From Bacteroidota bacterium (GTDB lineage: Bacteria; Bacteroidota; Bacteroidia; Flavobacteriales_D; Crocinitomicaceae): DNA of 64,000 nucleotides. The stretch is from contig JBEEPQ010000005.1 of NCBI GenBank assembly GCA_041191025.1, forward strand, positions 210,204 through 274,203. Direction: 5' to 3'. This document shows, one piece after another, positions 49,519 to 58,944 of the stretch (position 1 is its first letter; each line of letters starts with the position of its first letter). Under the pieces are notes generated by a model. That model saw only the letters and a program-made list of their open reading frames with translations, was not told where the DNA came from and did not search any database. A program made the translations under genes and the position numbers.

Positions 49519-50262
49519 ATGTTATTAAAAGATAAAGTTGTTATTATCACCGGGGCCTCAAGAGGCATCGGAAAGTCAATTGCACAAATGTGCGTTAATC
49601 ACGGTGCAAAAGTGGCGTTTACTTACCTTTCTTCAGATGAAAAAGCACGTGCGCTAGAAGCAGAACTGACTTCGCAAGGTGGTGTGGCGGTTGGGTTTAA
49701 GTCCGACGCATCAAATTTTGACCAAGCCCATGAATTAGTTGATAAGGTGGTTGAGCAATTTGGAACGGTAGATGTCCTTGTAAATAATGCCGGAATCACA
49801 CGCGATACACTGATGATGCGAATGACAGAGGAGCAATGGGATGAAGTAATCAATACGAATCTTAAATCTGCATTCAACCTAACCAAAGCGGTTATTAAAC
49901 CGATGCTTAAGGCGCGTTCTGGTTCGATTATTAATATGAGTTCCGTGGTTGGTGTAAAAGGAAATGCTGGACAAGCAAATTACGCGGCTTCTAAAGCTGG
50001 TTTGATTGGTTTTACAAAATCGATTGCTGCCGAATTAGGGTCAAGAAATATCCGCTGCAATGCCATCGCACCAGGTTTCATCGAAACAGAAATGACGGAA
50101 GTACTTGATCCGACGGTGGTAGAGCAATGGAGAAATGCCATTCCCCTGAAAAGAGGTGGGAAACCAGAAGATGTTGCGAACGCTACCGTTTTCTTGGCTT
50201 CAGACATGTCTGCATATATTACCGGTCAAACACTCCACGTTTGCGGGGGTATGTTAATGTAA
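49519..50262 (+). CDS. fabG: 3-oxoacyl-ACP reductase
   Basis: TGASRGIG, NNAGITRD, YAASKAG, GQTLHV.GG. Confidence 0.9.
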   Translation: MLLKDKVVIITGASRGIGKSIAQMCVNHGAKVAFTYLSSDEKARALEAELTSQGGVAVGFKSDASNFDQAHELVDKVVEQFGTVDVLVNNAGITRDTLMMRMTEEQWDEVINTNLKSAFNLTKAVIKPMLKARSGSIINMSSVVGVKGNAGQANYAASKAGLIGFTKSIAAELGSRNIRCNAIAPGFIETEMTEVLDPTVVEQWRNAIPLKRGGKPEDVANATVFLASDMSAYITGQTLHVCGGMLM

Positions 50263-50266
50263 TCCA

Positions 50267-51238
50267 ATGCTAATTAGACCAAGAAGAAACCGAAAACATG
50301 CCGCCATACGCGATATGGTGCAAGAGAACTTTTTATCCGTAGAACATTTGATTTATCCGATGTTTCTCACGGATGGAACAGGAGTCAAAGAGGAAATATC
50401 CTCGTTGCCAAGAAATTACCGATGGTCCTTGGATTTAATGTTAAAGGAAATTGAATCTTCACTGGCCTTAGGTTTAAATAAATTTGTCCTGTTTCCAGCA
50501 GTTTCGGATGACTTAAAAGATAAAACAGCCACGTATAGTTACGCAGCAGAGAATTTCTATTTGCATGCGATCCATGCAATTAAAGAGCGATTTCCAGAGT
50601 CAATTTTAATGAGTGACGTGGCCATGGACCCTTACTCTTCCGATGGTCACGATGGTTTAGTTCAAGATGGGAAGATTTTGAATGATGAAACCTTGCCGAT
50701 TTTAGCTAAAATGAGTATTGCTCAAGCGCAAGCAGGGATTGATATTATTGGTCCAAGCGATATGATGGATGGACGAGTAGGGTATATCCGTGAAGCATTA
50801 GATTTAGAGGGGTATACCGATACAAGCATCATGGCATACTCCGCTAAGTATGCAAGTGCTTTTTATGGTCCGTTCAGAGAAGCATTAAATTCTGCTCCGA
50901 AATCAGGAGATAAAAAAACATACCAAATGAATCCCGCAAATAAACGGGAAGCGTTACTAGAAGCATCCTTGGATATGGAAGAAGGCGCGGATTTTATCAT
51001 GGTTAAGCCGGCATTATCATATTTGGATGTTATTCATTTACTTAAAGAACATAGCACGGTTCCAATTACTGCGTATAATGTGAGTGGTGAATGCGCCATG
51101 GTATATGCAGCGGCAGAAAAAGGTTGGATCAATTATGAAGCCATTGTCTCTGAAATTTTAATGAGTATGCGCAGGGCAGGAGCAGATGGAATTCTGACCT
51201 ATTTCGCGAAAGATTTTGCAACCTTTACCCAAAAATAA
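50267..51238 (+). CDS. hemB: Porphobilinogen synthase
   Basis: RPRRNR N-terminus and the active-site Lys context MVKPAL.YLD. Confidence 0.95.
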   Translation: MLIRPRRNRKHAAIRDMVQENFLSVEHLIYPMFLTDGTGVKEEISSLPRNYRWSLDLMLKEIESSLALGLNKFVLFPAVSDDLKDKTATYSYAAENFYLHAIHAIKERFPESILMSDVAMDPYSSDGHDGLVQDGKILNDETLPILAKMSIAQAQAGIDIIGPSDMMDGRVGYIREALDLEGYTDTSIMAYSAKYASAFYGPFREALNSAPKSGDKKTYQMNPANKREALLEASLDMEEGADFIMVKPALSYLDVIHLLKEHSTVPITAYNVSGECAMVYAAAEKGWINYEAIVSEILMSMRRAGADGILTYFAKDFATFTQK

Positions 51239-52716
51239 TGACTCAATTTGTATTGAATAATCAATGGGTTTCTCTGGAAGAATTGGAACGTGTATTGAAA
51301 AATTCGACAGAAGTTGTCCTCGGTCCTCAGGCTAAGTTAGCCATCGAAACAGGCTTTTCTTTTTTACAAGCCAAGGTTAAGGAAGAGGGCGCAATTTATT
51401 ATGGAATAAATACTGGGTTTGGCTCGCTCTGTAATACCGTTATTTCAACGGAAGATTTGAATCAACTTCAAGTGAATTTAATCCGTTCTCATGCCTGTGG
51501 TGTCGGTGCTGAGGTTCCTACACACCTCGTAAAGCGGATGCTTTTGATTAAAGCAATTGCGCTGTCAAAAGGATTTTCTGGGGTACAACTTGCAACGGTT
51601 GAACGCCTTTTGTTCCTGTACAACAACAACCTGATTCCTGTAGTTTATGAACAAGGAAGTCTTGGTGCTTCTGGTGATTTGGCACCCTTGGCCCATCTCT
51701 GTTTACCACTCATCGGTGAAGGAGAGGTTCAGGTAAACGGAGAGCGCATACCAGGAAACAAACTCCATGCTAAATATGGTCTTGAACCGATAACCCTCCA
51801 AGCGAAGGAAGGCTTGGCCTTGTTGAATGGAACACAATTTATGAATGCCTATGGGACGTATGCAGTCAGTACGGGACATTCCTTATTAAAGGAAGGGCTT
51901 AAGATTGCAGCCTTGTCGTTAGAAGCCTATGACGGCAGACAGGAACCTTTTCAGGCAAATGTTAATGAACTACGGAAGCAACATGGACAGATTGAGGTAG
52001 CTACGACAATGCGCGGATTATTGAATAACTCAGCACGCATAAAAAATCATGTACAAGACCCTTATTCTTTCAGGTGTATTCCTCAAGTTCATGGGGCATC
52101 CATGGATACCTTGAATTTTGTTAAAACTACCTTTGAGAATGAATTGAATGCCGTGACAGACAATCCTACCTTGTTTCCCGAGGAAGATCAAATTGTTTCG
52201 GCAGGTAATTTTCATGGACAACCCTTGGCATTGGCTATGGATTTTCTGGCCATCGCTCTTGCTGAATTGGGCTCAATTTCGGAACGTAGAATCTACAAGT
52301 TGATTTCAGGAACGCGCGATTTACCTCCGTTTTTGGTGAAGCACGCCGGCTTGAATTCTGGGTTTATGATCGTTCAATATGCCGCAGCTGCCATTGTGAG
52401 TCAAAACAAACAGTTATGTACTCCAGCTAGTGTGGATACGATTGATTCCAGTAACGGACAAGAAGACCATGTGAGTATGGGTGCAAATGCCGCTACTAAA
52501 CTATACCGAGTGCTTGACAATGTCATTTCTGTAGCAGCCATGGAGTGGTTAACAGCAGCGCAAGCCTATGGGTTCAGAGAAGGTTGGGGATTAACGAATG
52601 AGATCGATTCCTTGTATAAGCAATTGCGTTCTGAAATTTCCTTTATGGCAACCGACCGCTATCTGCATGAGGATATCATCTGCGCTCGAACCTTACTTGT
52701 TAATCGTCTTGACTAG
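51238..52716 (+). CDS. hutH: Histidine ammonia-lyase (MIO enzyme)
   Basis: GSLGASGDLAPLAHL MIO triad. Selectivity dyad S-H in LIRSHACGVG indicates HAL rather than TAL or PAL. Confidence 0.85.
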   Translation: MTQFVLNNQWVSLEELERVLKNSTEVVLGPQAKLAIETGFSFLQAKVKEEGAIYYGINTGFGSLCNTVISTEDLNQLQVNLIRSHACGVGAEVPTHLVKRMLLIKAIALSKGFSGVQLATVERLLFLYNNNLIPVVYEQGSLGASGDLAPLAHLCLPLIGEGEVQVNGERIPGNKLHAKYGLEPITLQAKEGLALLNGTQFMNAYGTYAVSTGHSLLKEGLKIAALSLEAYDGRQEPFQANVNELRKQHGQIEVATTMRGLLNNSARIKNHVQDPYSFRCIPQVHGASMDTLNFVKTTFENELNAVTDNPTLFPEEDQIVSAGNFHGQPLALAMDFLAIALAELGSISERRIYKLISGTRDLPPFLVKHAGLNSGFMIVQYAAAAIVSQNKQLCTPASVDTIDSSNGQEDHVSMGANAATKLYRVLDNVISVAAMEWLTAAQAYGFREGWGLTNEIDSLYKQLRSEISFMATDRYLHEDIICARTLLVNRLD

Positions 52717-52722
52717 TAATTC

Positions 52723-54675
52723 TTATCGTTTTACAAACGATTTTTTCAGTTGCTTTCCGTCCGTTTCGATGAGCATCAAATAGGATCCAGACATAAGTGA
52801 TTTAAGCGAAATGGTTTGATTGTTAGTTGCAGTTCCTTTCTGTTGAACTTTACCAAACATGTCATAAATGGTATACGTTGCCGGATCAATTAACTGCTGT
52901 ATCCGAATTTCATCCGCACTTGGATTTGGGTAGAGTGTAATTCCTTGTTCAGCAGTTAATGAAGTAAGATCAAGTAGTTCATTCATTACGATGGTTCCAT
53001 TTTGATTCACAATCCAATTGCTTGGGTCAATTACAATAGAATTGTTGATTGTACCGATTCCCGTAATTTGGAAAGTGTTTGCATTTGAAGTGATATCGAA
53101 ACGAATCGTGGTGTCTGAGTTTCCTGGGCGGGTGAACTTCAAATCAATCGGATTGGTGAAGGTAGGGGTTACATTGGGCATTGAGCTTGTGTGAGAAATC
53201 TTAACAAGCGCATCTGAGCCAACTTGTTTCCATTCTACAGAATAGGTAGGGAATCCCTCACCAAAATACCACTCATCAAAGAATGGAGTATAGTCAATTC
53301 CTGAAGCTTGTGTGAAGGCATCACGCACATCAATTCCGTAGGCCGTAGCGTAGGCTTTGCTTGTTAGAAAATTTTGAAGGGTTTCAAAAAATAAACTATC
53401 ATTATTCATCAAATAACGCATGCTATGGACAATTGCTGCCCCTTTATCGTAGGTTAATCTTCCGCTGAATATTCTATTTTCATTTAAGCTATCGAGTACC
53501 CATACACTTCCGCCTGCTTGTGACATCACGTTGGTATGCACGCCGGCCATGTTTTGTACTTCTTGTCCAGGGTATAGATTTTCCAACATCAATTGTTCAC
53601 TGTAAGAAGCAAAGCCTTCGTTCACCCAAATGTCGCACCATGAAGCGCAGGTCACGTAATCTCCCCACCATTGATGGCCAAGTTCGTGTGCGGTTAGCGT
53701 AGGATTGAAAAATCCTTGAGTAGTCATGGTTTGATGTTCCATTCCGCCAGAAAAGGGTGCCATACAATGCCCATATTTTTCATTTTCAAACGGATAGGGT
53801 CCGTATAAACCATAAAATAATTCCATGAAATCTACGGTTTCATCAATGTCAGCCTGAAAATTAGGTAAGGTTTGAGGGTTATTATAAATATAGTTTTGGA
53901 TAAGAATTGGAGCAGGGGCGCCAACCGGATTAGCCAGTACATTGTACTCTACATATTCGGCTACCGCTACCGAAATTAAATAATAATCAATGGGATAGCG
54001 GTGTTTCCATTCATAGCGACTGGTTCCGTTTCCTAAATTAACTACTTGCATTAGTTTACCATTCGATCCTGCTTTACACGCATTGGGAACGGTAATGTTT
54101 ATGTCGCAAGAATCTGCTTTATCAGTTAAACTTTGTTTGCAAGGCCACCATTCGTATGCACAGAAAGGTTCTGACAGAGACCAAACTACTTCATTACCCC
54201 AAGAAGGAGAGGTCGCATTCGACATGCCGCTTCCACCTAAGGGATTCGTTTGTGCAGTTGGAGGGGTTCCACTGTAATCTGTTCTCACCGTGAATACCGT
54301 GCCTGGAGCAAAGTTAACTCCAATCTTTACCGCTGAATTGGATCTGACAAAGGGTACATTTACTCCGTTCAAACTTACAGAAGAAATGTTAAGGGTAGAA
54401 AATAATTCATATAGAATGGTGTCCATGGGAACTAAAGCGGTTGCCTTCATTTCTGCATAACCTGAAAGTGCCGTTGTGGTATTGGTCATGTTTAGGTCGA
54501 GCTTGTAGAAGTTGACATCATAGCGTTCGGTTATAGCAATTTGAGAAACATTGAGGCTATTGCTTTTCAGCGAGTGATTATTAAAACGATCGCGTTTACC
54601 GCATTGGGTTGAATTTTCTTTTTGGGCGTAACTAACCAAAGCAACGAAAAGTAGGGGTAGAATAAGCAGTTTCAT
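52723..54675 (-). CDS. M1-family zinc aminopeptidase with T9SS type A C-terminal domain
   Basis: HELGHQWWGD, WVNEGFASY. C-terminus LYPNPSADEIRI...GSYLMLIE. Confidence 0.85.
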   Translation of the reverse strand: MKLLILPLLFVALVSYAQKENSTQCGKRDRFNNHSLKSNSLNVSQIAITERYDVNFYKLDLNMTNTTTALSGYAEMKATALVPMDTILYELFSTLNISSVSLNGVNVPFVRSNSAVKIGVNFAPGTVFTVRTDYSGTPPTAQTNPLGGSGMSNATSPSWGNEVVWSLSEPFCAYEWWPCKQSLTDKADSCDINITVPNACKAGSNGKLMQVVNLGNGTSRYEWKHRYPIDYYLISVAVAEYVEYNVLANPVGAPAPILIQNYIYNNPQTLPNFQADIDETVDFMELFYGLYGPYPFENEKYGHCMAPFSGGMEHQTMTTQGFFNPTLTAHELGHQWWGDYVTCASWCDIWVNEGFASYSEQLMLENLYPGQEVQNMAGVHTNVMSQAGGSVWVLDSLNENRIFSGRLTYDKGAAIVHSMRYLMNNDSLFFETLQNFLTSKAYATAYGIDVRDAFTQASGIDYTPFFDEWYFGEGFPTYSVEWKQVGSDALVKISHTSSMPNVTPTFTNPIDLKFTRPGNSDTTIRFDITSNANTFQITGIGTINNSIVIDPSNWIVNQNGTIVMNELLDLTSLTAEQGITLYPNPSADEIRIQQLIDPATYTIYDMFGKVQQKGTATNNQTISLKSLMSGSYLMLIETDGKQLKKSFVKR

Positions 54676-55011
54676 GTGCGCTAAATTTGCACTAAGATAT
54701 GAAATTGATTAAGATATGGGTGTAATATATCCTTCATTTGACCAGGCCAAAGGGAATATTTTTTAATCCACTTTAAAAGCAACGATTTTTAACCGGTGCG
54801 TGTAATTCATGTCATGGAAATTCCACGAGTTCATTGTACGCAAACTGATAATCGGTTAGGGCTCTCTTGAAAATGACTAAAGAACTTTCTTTAGTTTTTT
54901 TGTAACCTTGGCGTTCAGTTTAAACTCGTATAAGTATAATGTGACGTATAAAAACAAATGGCGTGTCCGAGGAACGCAAGTCAGTAGTAGGCGTGAAATC
55001 ATAAGCAGACG

Positions 55012-55233
55012 TTAATATTCGTCCTCGTTGAAGAGAAAGTCCTCTCGAGATGGATAATCCGGCCAGATTTCTTCGATGTTCTCATAAACATCACCTTCAT
55101 CTTCTAATAATTGAAGATTTTCGACTACTTCCAAAGGCGCTCCAGTACGAATGGCAAAATCAATTAATTCATCTTTTGATGCTGGCCACGGGGCGTCTTC
55201 TAAGTATGAGGCTAATTCTAAGGTCCAATACAT
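55012..55233 (-). CDS. DUF2795-like small protein
   Basis: LEDAPWPASKDELIDFAIRTGAP..V..L pattern, 73 aa. Confidence 0.6.
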   Translation of the reverse strand: MYWTLELASYLEDAPWPASKDELIDFAIRTGAPLEVVENLQLLEDEGDVYENIEEIWPDYPSREDFLFNEDEY

Positions 55234-55265
55234 TTATTCTATGTTTTAGTACGTGTTATTTTCGG

Positions 55266-55273
55266 CAAAAGTA
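55266..55273 (-). promoter_or_regulatory. Candidate -7 box TACTTTTG upstream of the DUF2795 gene
   Basis: TAnnTTTG match about 30 nt upstream of the ATG. Confidence 0.35.
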
Positions 55274-55321
55274 AATTTTATTTTATATCTACCAAATGAA
55301 AATGAATATTTTGATGATTAT

Positions 55322-55888
55322 TTAATCCAAATCGGTGTTTAATCGCTTTGGTTCCCACTTAACTTCCTCTTTTCCAAATTCTTGTAAAATAAATCGAGCA
55401 AGTATAAAAAGGTAGTCGCTTAATCGATTAATATATTTTATCTCTTGAGTAAAACGGTGAACGTCTTCATCCATTTCAACAATTCTTCGTTCTGCCCTTC
55501 GGCAAACACAGCGGGCGATTTGAGCATAGGAACTTATCGGATGACCTCCCGGTAAGATAAAATGTTGCAAGGCCTTTAAGTTAGAATCCATATCATCCAT
55601 CCAAGCCTCTAATTGTTCGATTGCATCAGATTCAAGTTCCGGTAAGGCCATCTTGGTGCCCTTTTCTGCGGTTGCCAAATGAGAACCAATAACAAATAAT
55701 TGATTTTGAATGATGATTAATTGTTCTTGAGTTGCTGAATTCAGGAAGCTATCCCTCAATAAGCCCAAGTGTGAATTAAGTTCATCTACCGTACCATACG
55801 CTTCAATTTGCGCATCTGATTTTTTTACACGGACACCTCCTATTAATCCAGTGGTACCATCGTCGCCTGTTTTGGTATATATTTTCAT
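55322..55888 (-). CDS. PduO-type ATP:cob(I)alamin adenosyltransferase
   Basis: MKIYTKTGDDGTTGL N-terminus and RR.ER helix-bundle motifs. Confidence 0.9.
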   Translation of the reverse strand: MKIYTKTGDDGTTGLIGGVRVKKSDAQIEAYGTVDELNSHLGLLRDSFLNSATQEQLIIIQNQLFVIGSHLATAEKGTKMALPELESDAIEQLEAWMDDMDSNLKALQHFILPGGHPISSYAQIARCVCRRAERRIVEMDEDVHRFTQEIKYINRLSDYLFILARFILQEFGKEEVKWEPKRLNTDLD

Positions 55889-55899
55889 TCGTTGTATCG

Positions 55900-57120
55900 T
55901 TAAAATGTTGCGCGTTGCATGGCCTCTTCAATGGTGCATGGTTCCTCCACAAGGTCCAATATCTTCATCATCACACGATCCACAATGGCGTCTGGACAAG
56001 AAGCACCAGAAGTAATTGCAATTTTAAGTGGATAATTGTTCGGTAAAAATGTTTGTTCCTCGATTGATTTATTATGAATATTGAATGATCGAACCTTGTT
56101 ATTACTTAGCAGTTCGTCTACTCCTTTAATGAAAAAAGTTGGAATAGATTTTTCAAGAATTTCCACTAAATGGGTGGTGTTTGAGCTGTTGTATCCGCCC
56201 ACTACAATGGCCAAATCCGGTGAGGTTTCAGCAAGCGCATAGGTACTTGATTGATTATCATTAGTCGCATAACACAAGGTATCCCTTGTGTCTGCCATGT
56301 GAGTTTTTATCGCGGCTTCGCCGTATTTTTCGATGAGCACACCGCGCAGATAATCTGTAATTTGTTGCGTTTCCGATGCCAACATGGTGGTTTGATTGAC
56401 AACACCGATTTTGTTTAGATGCAATGCGGGTGAAAATCCGGGGGAGTATTTGCCGTCAAAGTATGTGTAGAATTCCGCTGTCGATTTTTTCCCACTCATT
56501 ACATCCCCTAAAAATTCAGCTTCAATCATGTCTTTTATCACTAGTGAAGCGGCCGTTTGATTGCTATGAGAAAACGTAGCGCGTGTCTCTTCATGGTCAT
56601 GTTTACCATGGATGATTATTGTGTGTTCGGTTTCTCCAAGTTTTTGGGAACGATTCCAGACTTTTTCAACAAAAGGACAGGTCGTATTGTATGAATCAAT
56701 GTTTGCTCCGGTGGCGCGAATTTCTTCTGCAATTGCTACGGTAGTTCCAAAGGCTGGAATAATAACAATGTCATTCGATGTCAGTTCTGAAAATGGAATC
56801 AGTTGTTCTCCTGCAGGTGTTTGAAGAAACTTAATTCCTTGCGCTAATAAATCTTCATTAACGTCTGGATTATGGATCATCTGACTCAGCAAGAAAATCC
56901 GTTTGTCCGGATGCTCTTGAATTGCTTTATAACTTTTTTCAATGGCATTTTCCACACCATAACAGAAACCAAAATGTCGTGCAATGATGAACTCTACCTT
57001 AGAGAATTGTAAGCGTGTAGGACTGAAATCTTGCTTTCTTGGATCATCCAATTTTCTTCTTGCCTTCACCTTCGAAATGATCGGAGAACGGTAAAATGCA
57101 GGGATTTCAAATTGCTTCAT
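55900..57120 (-). CDS. ispH: 4-hydroxy-3-methylbut-2-enyl diphosphate reductase, long form
   Basis: GFCYGVENAI, TCPFV.KVW, and SGASCP Cys ligand contexts. 406 aa. Confidence 0.85.
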   Translation of the reverse strand: MKQFEIPAFYRSPIISKVKARRKLDDPRKQDFSPTRLQFSKVEFIIARHFGFCYGVENAIEKSYKAIQEHPDKRIFLLSQMIHNPDVNEDLLAQGIKFLQTPAGEQLIPFSELTSNDIVIIPAFGTTVAIAEEIRATGANIDSYNTTCPFVEKVWNRSQKLGETEHTIIIHGKHDHEETRATFSHSNQTAASLVIKDMIEAEFLGDVMSGKKSTAEFYTYFDGKYSPGFSPALHLNKIGVVNQTTMLASETQQITDYLRGVLIEKYGEAAIKTHMADTRDTLCYATNDNQSSTYALAETSPDLAIVVGGYNSSNTTHLVEILEKSIPTFFIKGVDELLSNNKVRSFNIHNKSIEEQTFLPNNYPLKIAITSGASCPDAIVDRVMMKILDLVEEPCTIEEAMQRATF

Positions 57121-57162
57121 ATATTTCTAACAAGAGTTAGGGATTAATTGTTGTAAACAAAG

Positions 57163-57196
57163 ATAAAAAAGAAAAGGCTACCGTTTCCGATAGCCT
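57163..57196 (-). terminator. Rho-independent terminator after the DUF4139 gene
   Basis: Minus strand reads AGGCTATCGGAAACGGTAGCCT followed by TTTTCTTTTTT. Confidence 0.7.
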
Positions 57197-57202
57197 AGTT
57201 TC

Positions 57203-58885
57203 TTATAAATTGATTTGTTGATCTTTTGGATGTTTGACTTTATATGAGAATTCAAGTTTCTTATTCTCACCTGGTTTTAACTTATACTCCCATTCAAGAA
57301 TACCGTTTCCTGGAAGCTCTCGAGCGAAGTCTTTCTCTAATAATTCTATGGTTATATCATTATTGGTCGTCATAGGCACTTGATCCTGGATGATTAATTG
57401 AATCGCCGAAGATTTATTGTTCTGCACTTCGATTTGGTATGAGAAGGTACGCTCACGTTTATCTTGCACGACTTTGTCTTTCGATTTTTGCTTCAGCAAG
57501 GTACGCTTAACCACAATGTTCGGATCTTTACCAAGTGACAAGTTTAAAGTGTCGTCCATGCTGGTTGGATCAAGGTATGTTTCTCCGATGTAAGAACCAT
57601 CAAAGAAGATGTTGGCGCTCGCTGGAACTAATTGTAATTCATCTAACTTAGTCATTTGGGCTACCAAATATACCCCAGGATCCACCTTCGGTACGGAGTA
57701 ATATTTAAATGTGGTATTCAAATCGCTATTTTTAATGAGCACTAGATTTTTCTCGTTGTTTGATTTAATTGAATAGGGGAGATCAATCTTAAATTCAGCG
57801 GCAATAAGTTGATGCACTACGGTAGTGAATTGGTCGGCGCCTAAAGCAGCTTTATCCTCTAGATTCTTTTGCTTTGCTTCATCTAGGAAATATCCTTGAT
57901 TAAACGCTGCTTGAGGGATTGCTCTTGCACCTCTTATACTGATTTCTTCAAGCTCCTGTCTTTGTCTATATGCATAATAGTCAATGTACCAGGGGTTTAA
58001 CTCGGGTTTTGTCTTGTTTGCATATGGATTATTCGTTGAGATATTCAATTTTATATTATCCCAATCAATCCCAGAATTTTGGAATACTTGTGCTTTATAG
58101 GTCAAGGAGATTTTGCCTGTTTGTGAGTCGCTTCGGATGTCATATAAAGGAACCCAACCGGCTTGAGATACTAAATAACTGAACGATATTTTTCCTGCTG
58201 CCGCTTCAGATGCAGATAAGGTAATTACTACGCGAGGAATTGGCGCATATTTTTTAGCATCATAGGTTTGATTCTGGTAATTCTGCAGATTATCATAGCG
58301 CACTTGTAGTCGCTGCTGTACTTTTTCTTTTTCTTTCTTCTTCTTTTCTAAGGCCAATAATTTCTTATTGATTTCATTCATTTTGTTTGTGTAGTATTCT
58401 ACCGTTTGCTTTAATAAGTTGATCGAATCATTCACTTTGCCAGAACCTCGTACCGCACCGTTCATGGAAATGATATTCTGCGCGGCTTTATATATGGCAA
58501 TTTCATCTTGAATTTCCTTTAAATCGAATCCGAGTAATTCCAATGAATCCGTTAGTTGTGCCAATTCTTTGACAATCTTAGCTGGAATGCCTTCGTTGAC
58601 TTTAACTTCCGGTTGTGGATAGAATAAGGTGTATTTGGAGTCAATGATTACCACATTTCCTGTAGCTTTTACTTGCAGTGATTTAGGGTCAATGTAGGCA
58701 CTGATTCCTTCGATGCTGATTTCAGTGATTCCTGCTTTAATGGAGTAGGAAGCCTTGTGGTGTAATTGTGCCCCTTGAGAATAAACGGTTGCTTCGTTTA
58801 AGGTGGATTTAATCAGTTCTTTTTCATTGGCTAGAAGGAATGTGCCCAGTACGAGCGAACAAACCAAGGTCATTATTTTATTCAT
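57203..58885 (-). CDS. DUF4140/DUF4139 (MuiA-like) family secreted protein
   Basis: Signal peptide, central coiled coil, and family-like N-terminal block ATVYSQGAQL...ISIEG. Confidence 0.6.
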   Translation of the reverse strand: MNKIMTLVCSLVLGTFLLANEKELIKSTLNEATVYSQGAQLHHKASYSIKAGITEISIEGISAYIDPKSLQVKATGNVVIIDSKYTLFYPQPEVKVNEGIPAKIVKELAQLTDSLELLGFDLKEIQDEIAIYKAAQNIISMNGAVRGSGKVNDSINLLKQTVEYYTNKMNEINKKLLALEKKKKEKEKVQQRLQVRYDNLQNYQNQTYDAKKYAPIPRVVITLSASEAAAGKISFSYLVSQAGWVPLYDIRSDSQTGKISLTYKAQVFQNSGIDWDNIKLNISTNNPYANKTKPELNPWYIDYYAYRQRQELEEISIRGARAIPQAAFNQGYFLDEAKQKNLEDKAALGADQFTTVVHQLIAAEFKIDLPYSIKSNNEKNLVLIKNSDLNTTFKYYSVPKVDPGVYLVAQMTKLDELQLVPASANIFFDGSYIGETYLDPTSMDDTLNLSLGKDPNIVVKRTLLKQKSKDKVVQDKRERTFSYQIEVQNNKSSAIQLIIQDQVPMTTNNDITIELLEKDFARELPGNGILEWEYKLKPGENKKLEFSYKVKHPKDQQINL

Positions 58886-58944
58886 ATGTCAAAATTTTAA
58901 ACCCTTTACATGTGTAAATGAAATGGGTTCAATCTGGGGTGGAA

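Noticed and set aside
51238-52716. Ammonia-lyase as a flexirubin-type tyrosine ammonia-lyase
   Set aside because: The selectivity dyad is S-H (HAL type) rather than H-L, and no flexirubin/aryl-polyene genes are adjacent.
54877-54901. Orphan plus-strand hairpin with T7 run suggesting a small-RNA terminator in the 336-nt spacer
   Set aside because: The stem is only 6-7 AT-rich base pairs. No convincing upstream promoter exists: the only TAnnTTTG match (54682-54689) lacks a -33 element. The region is also the promoter region of the M1 peptidase on the other strand.
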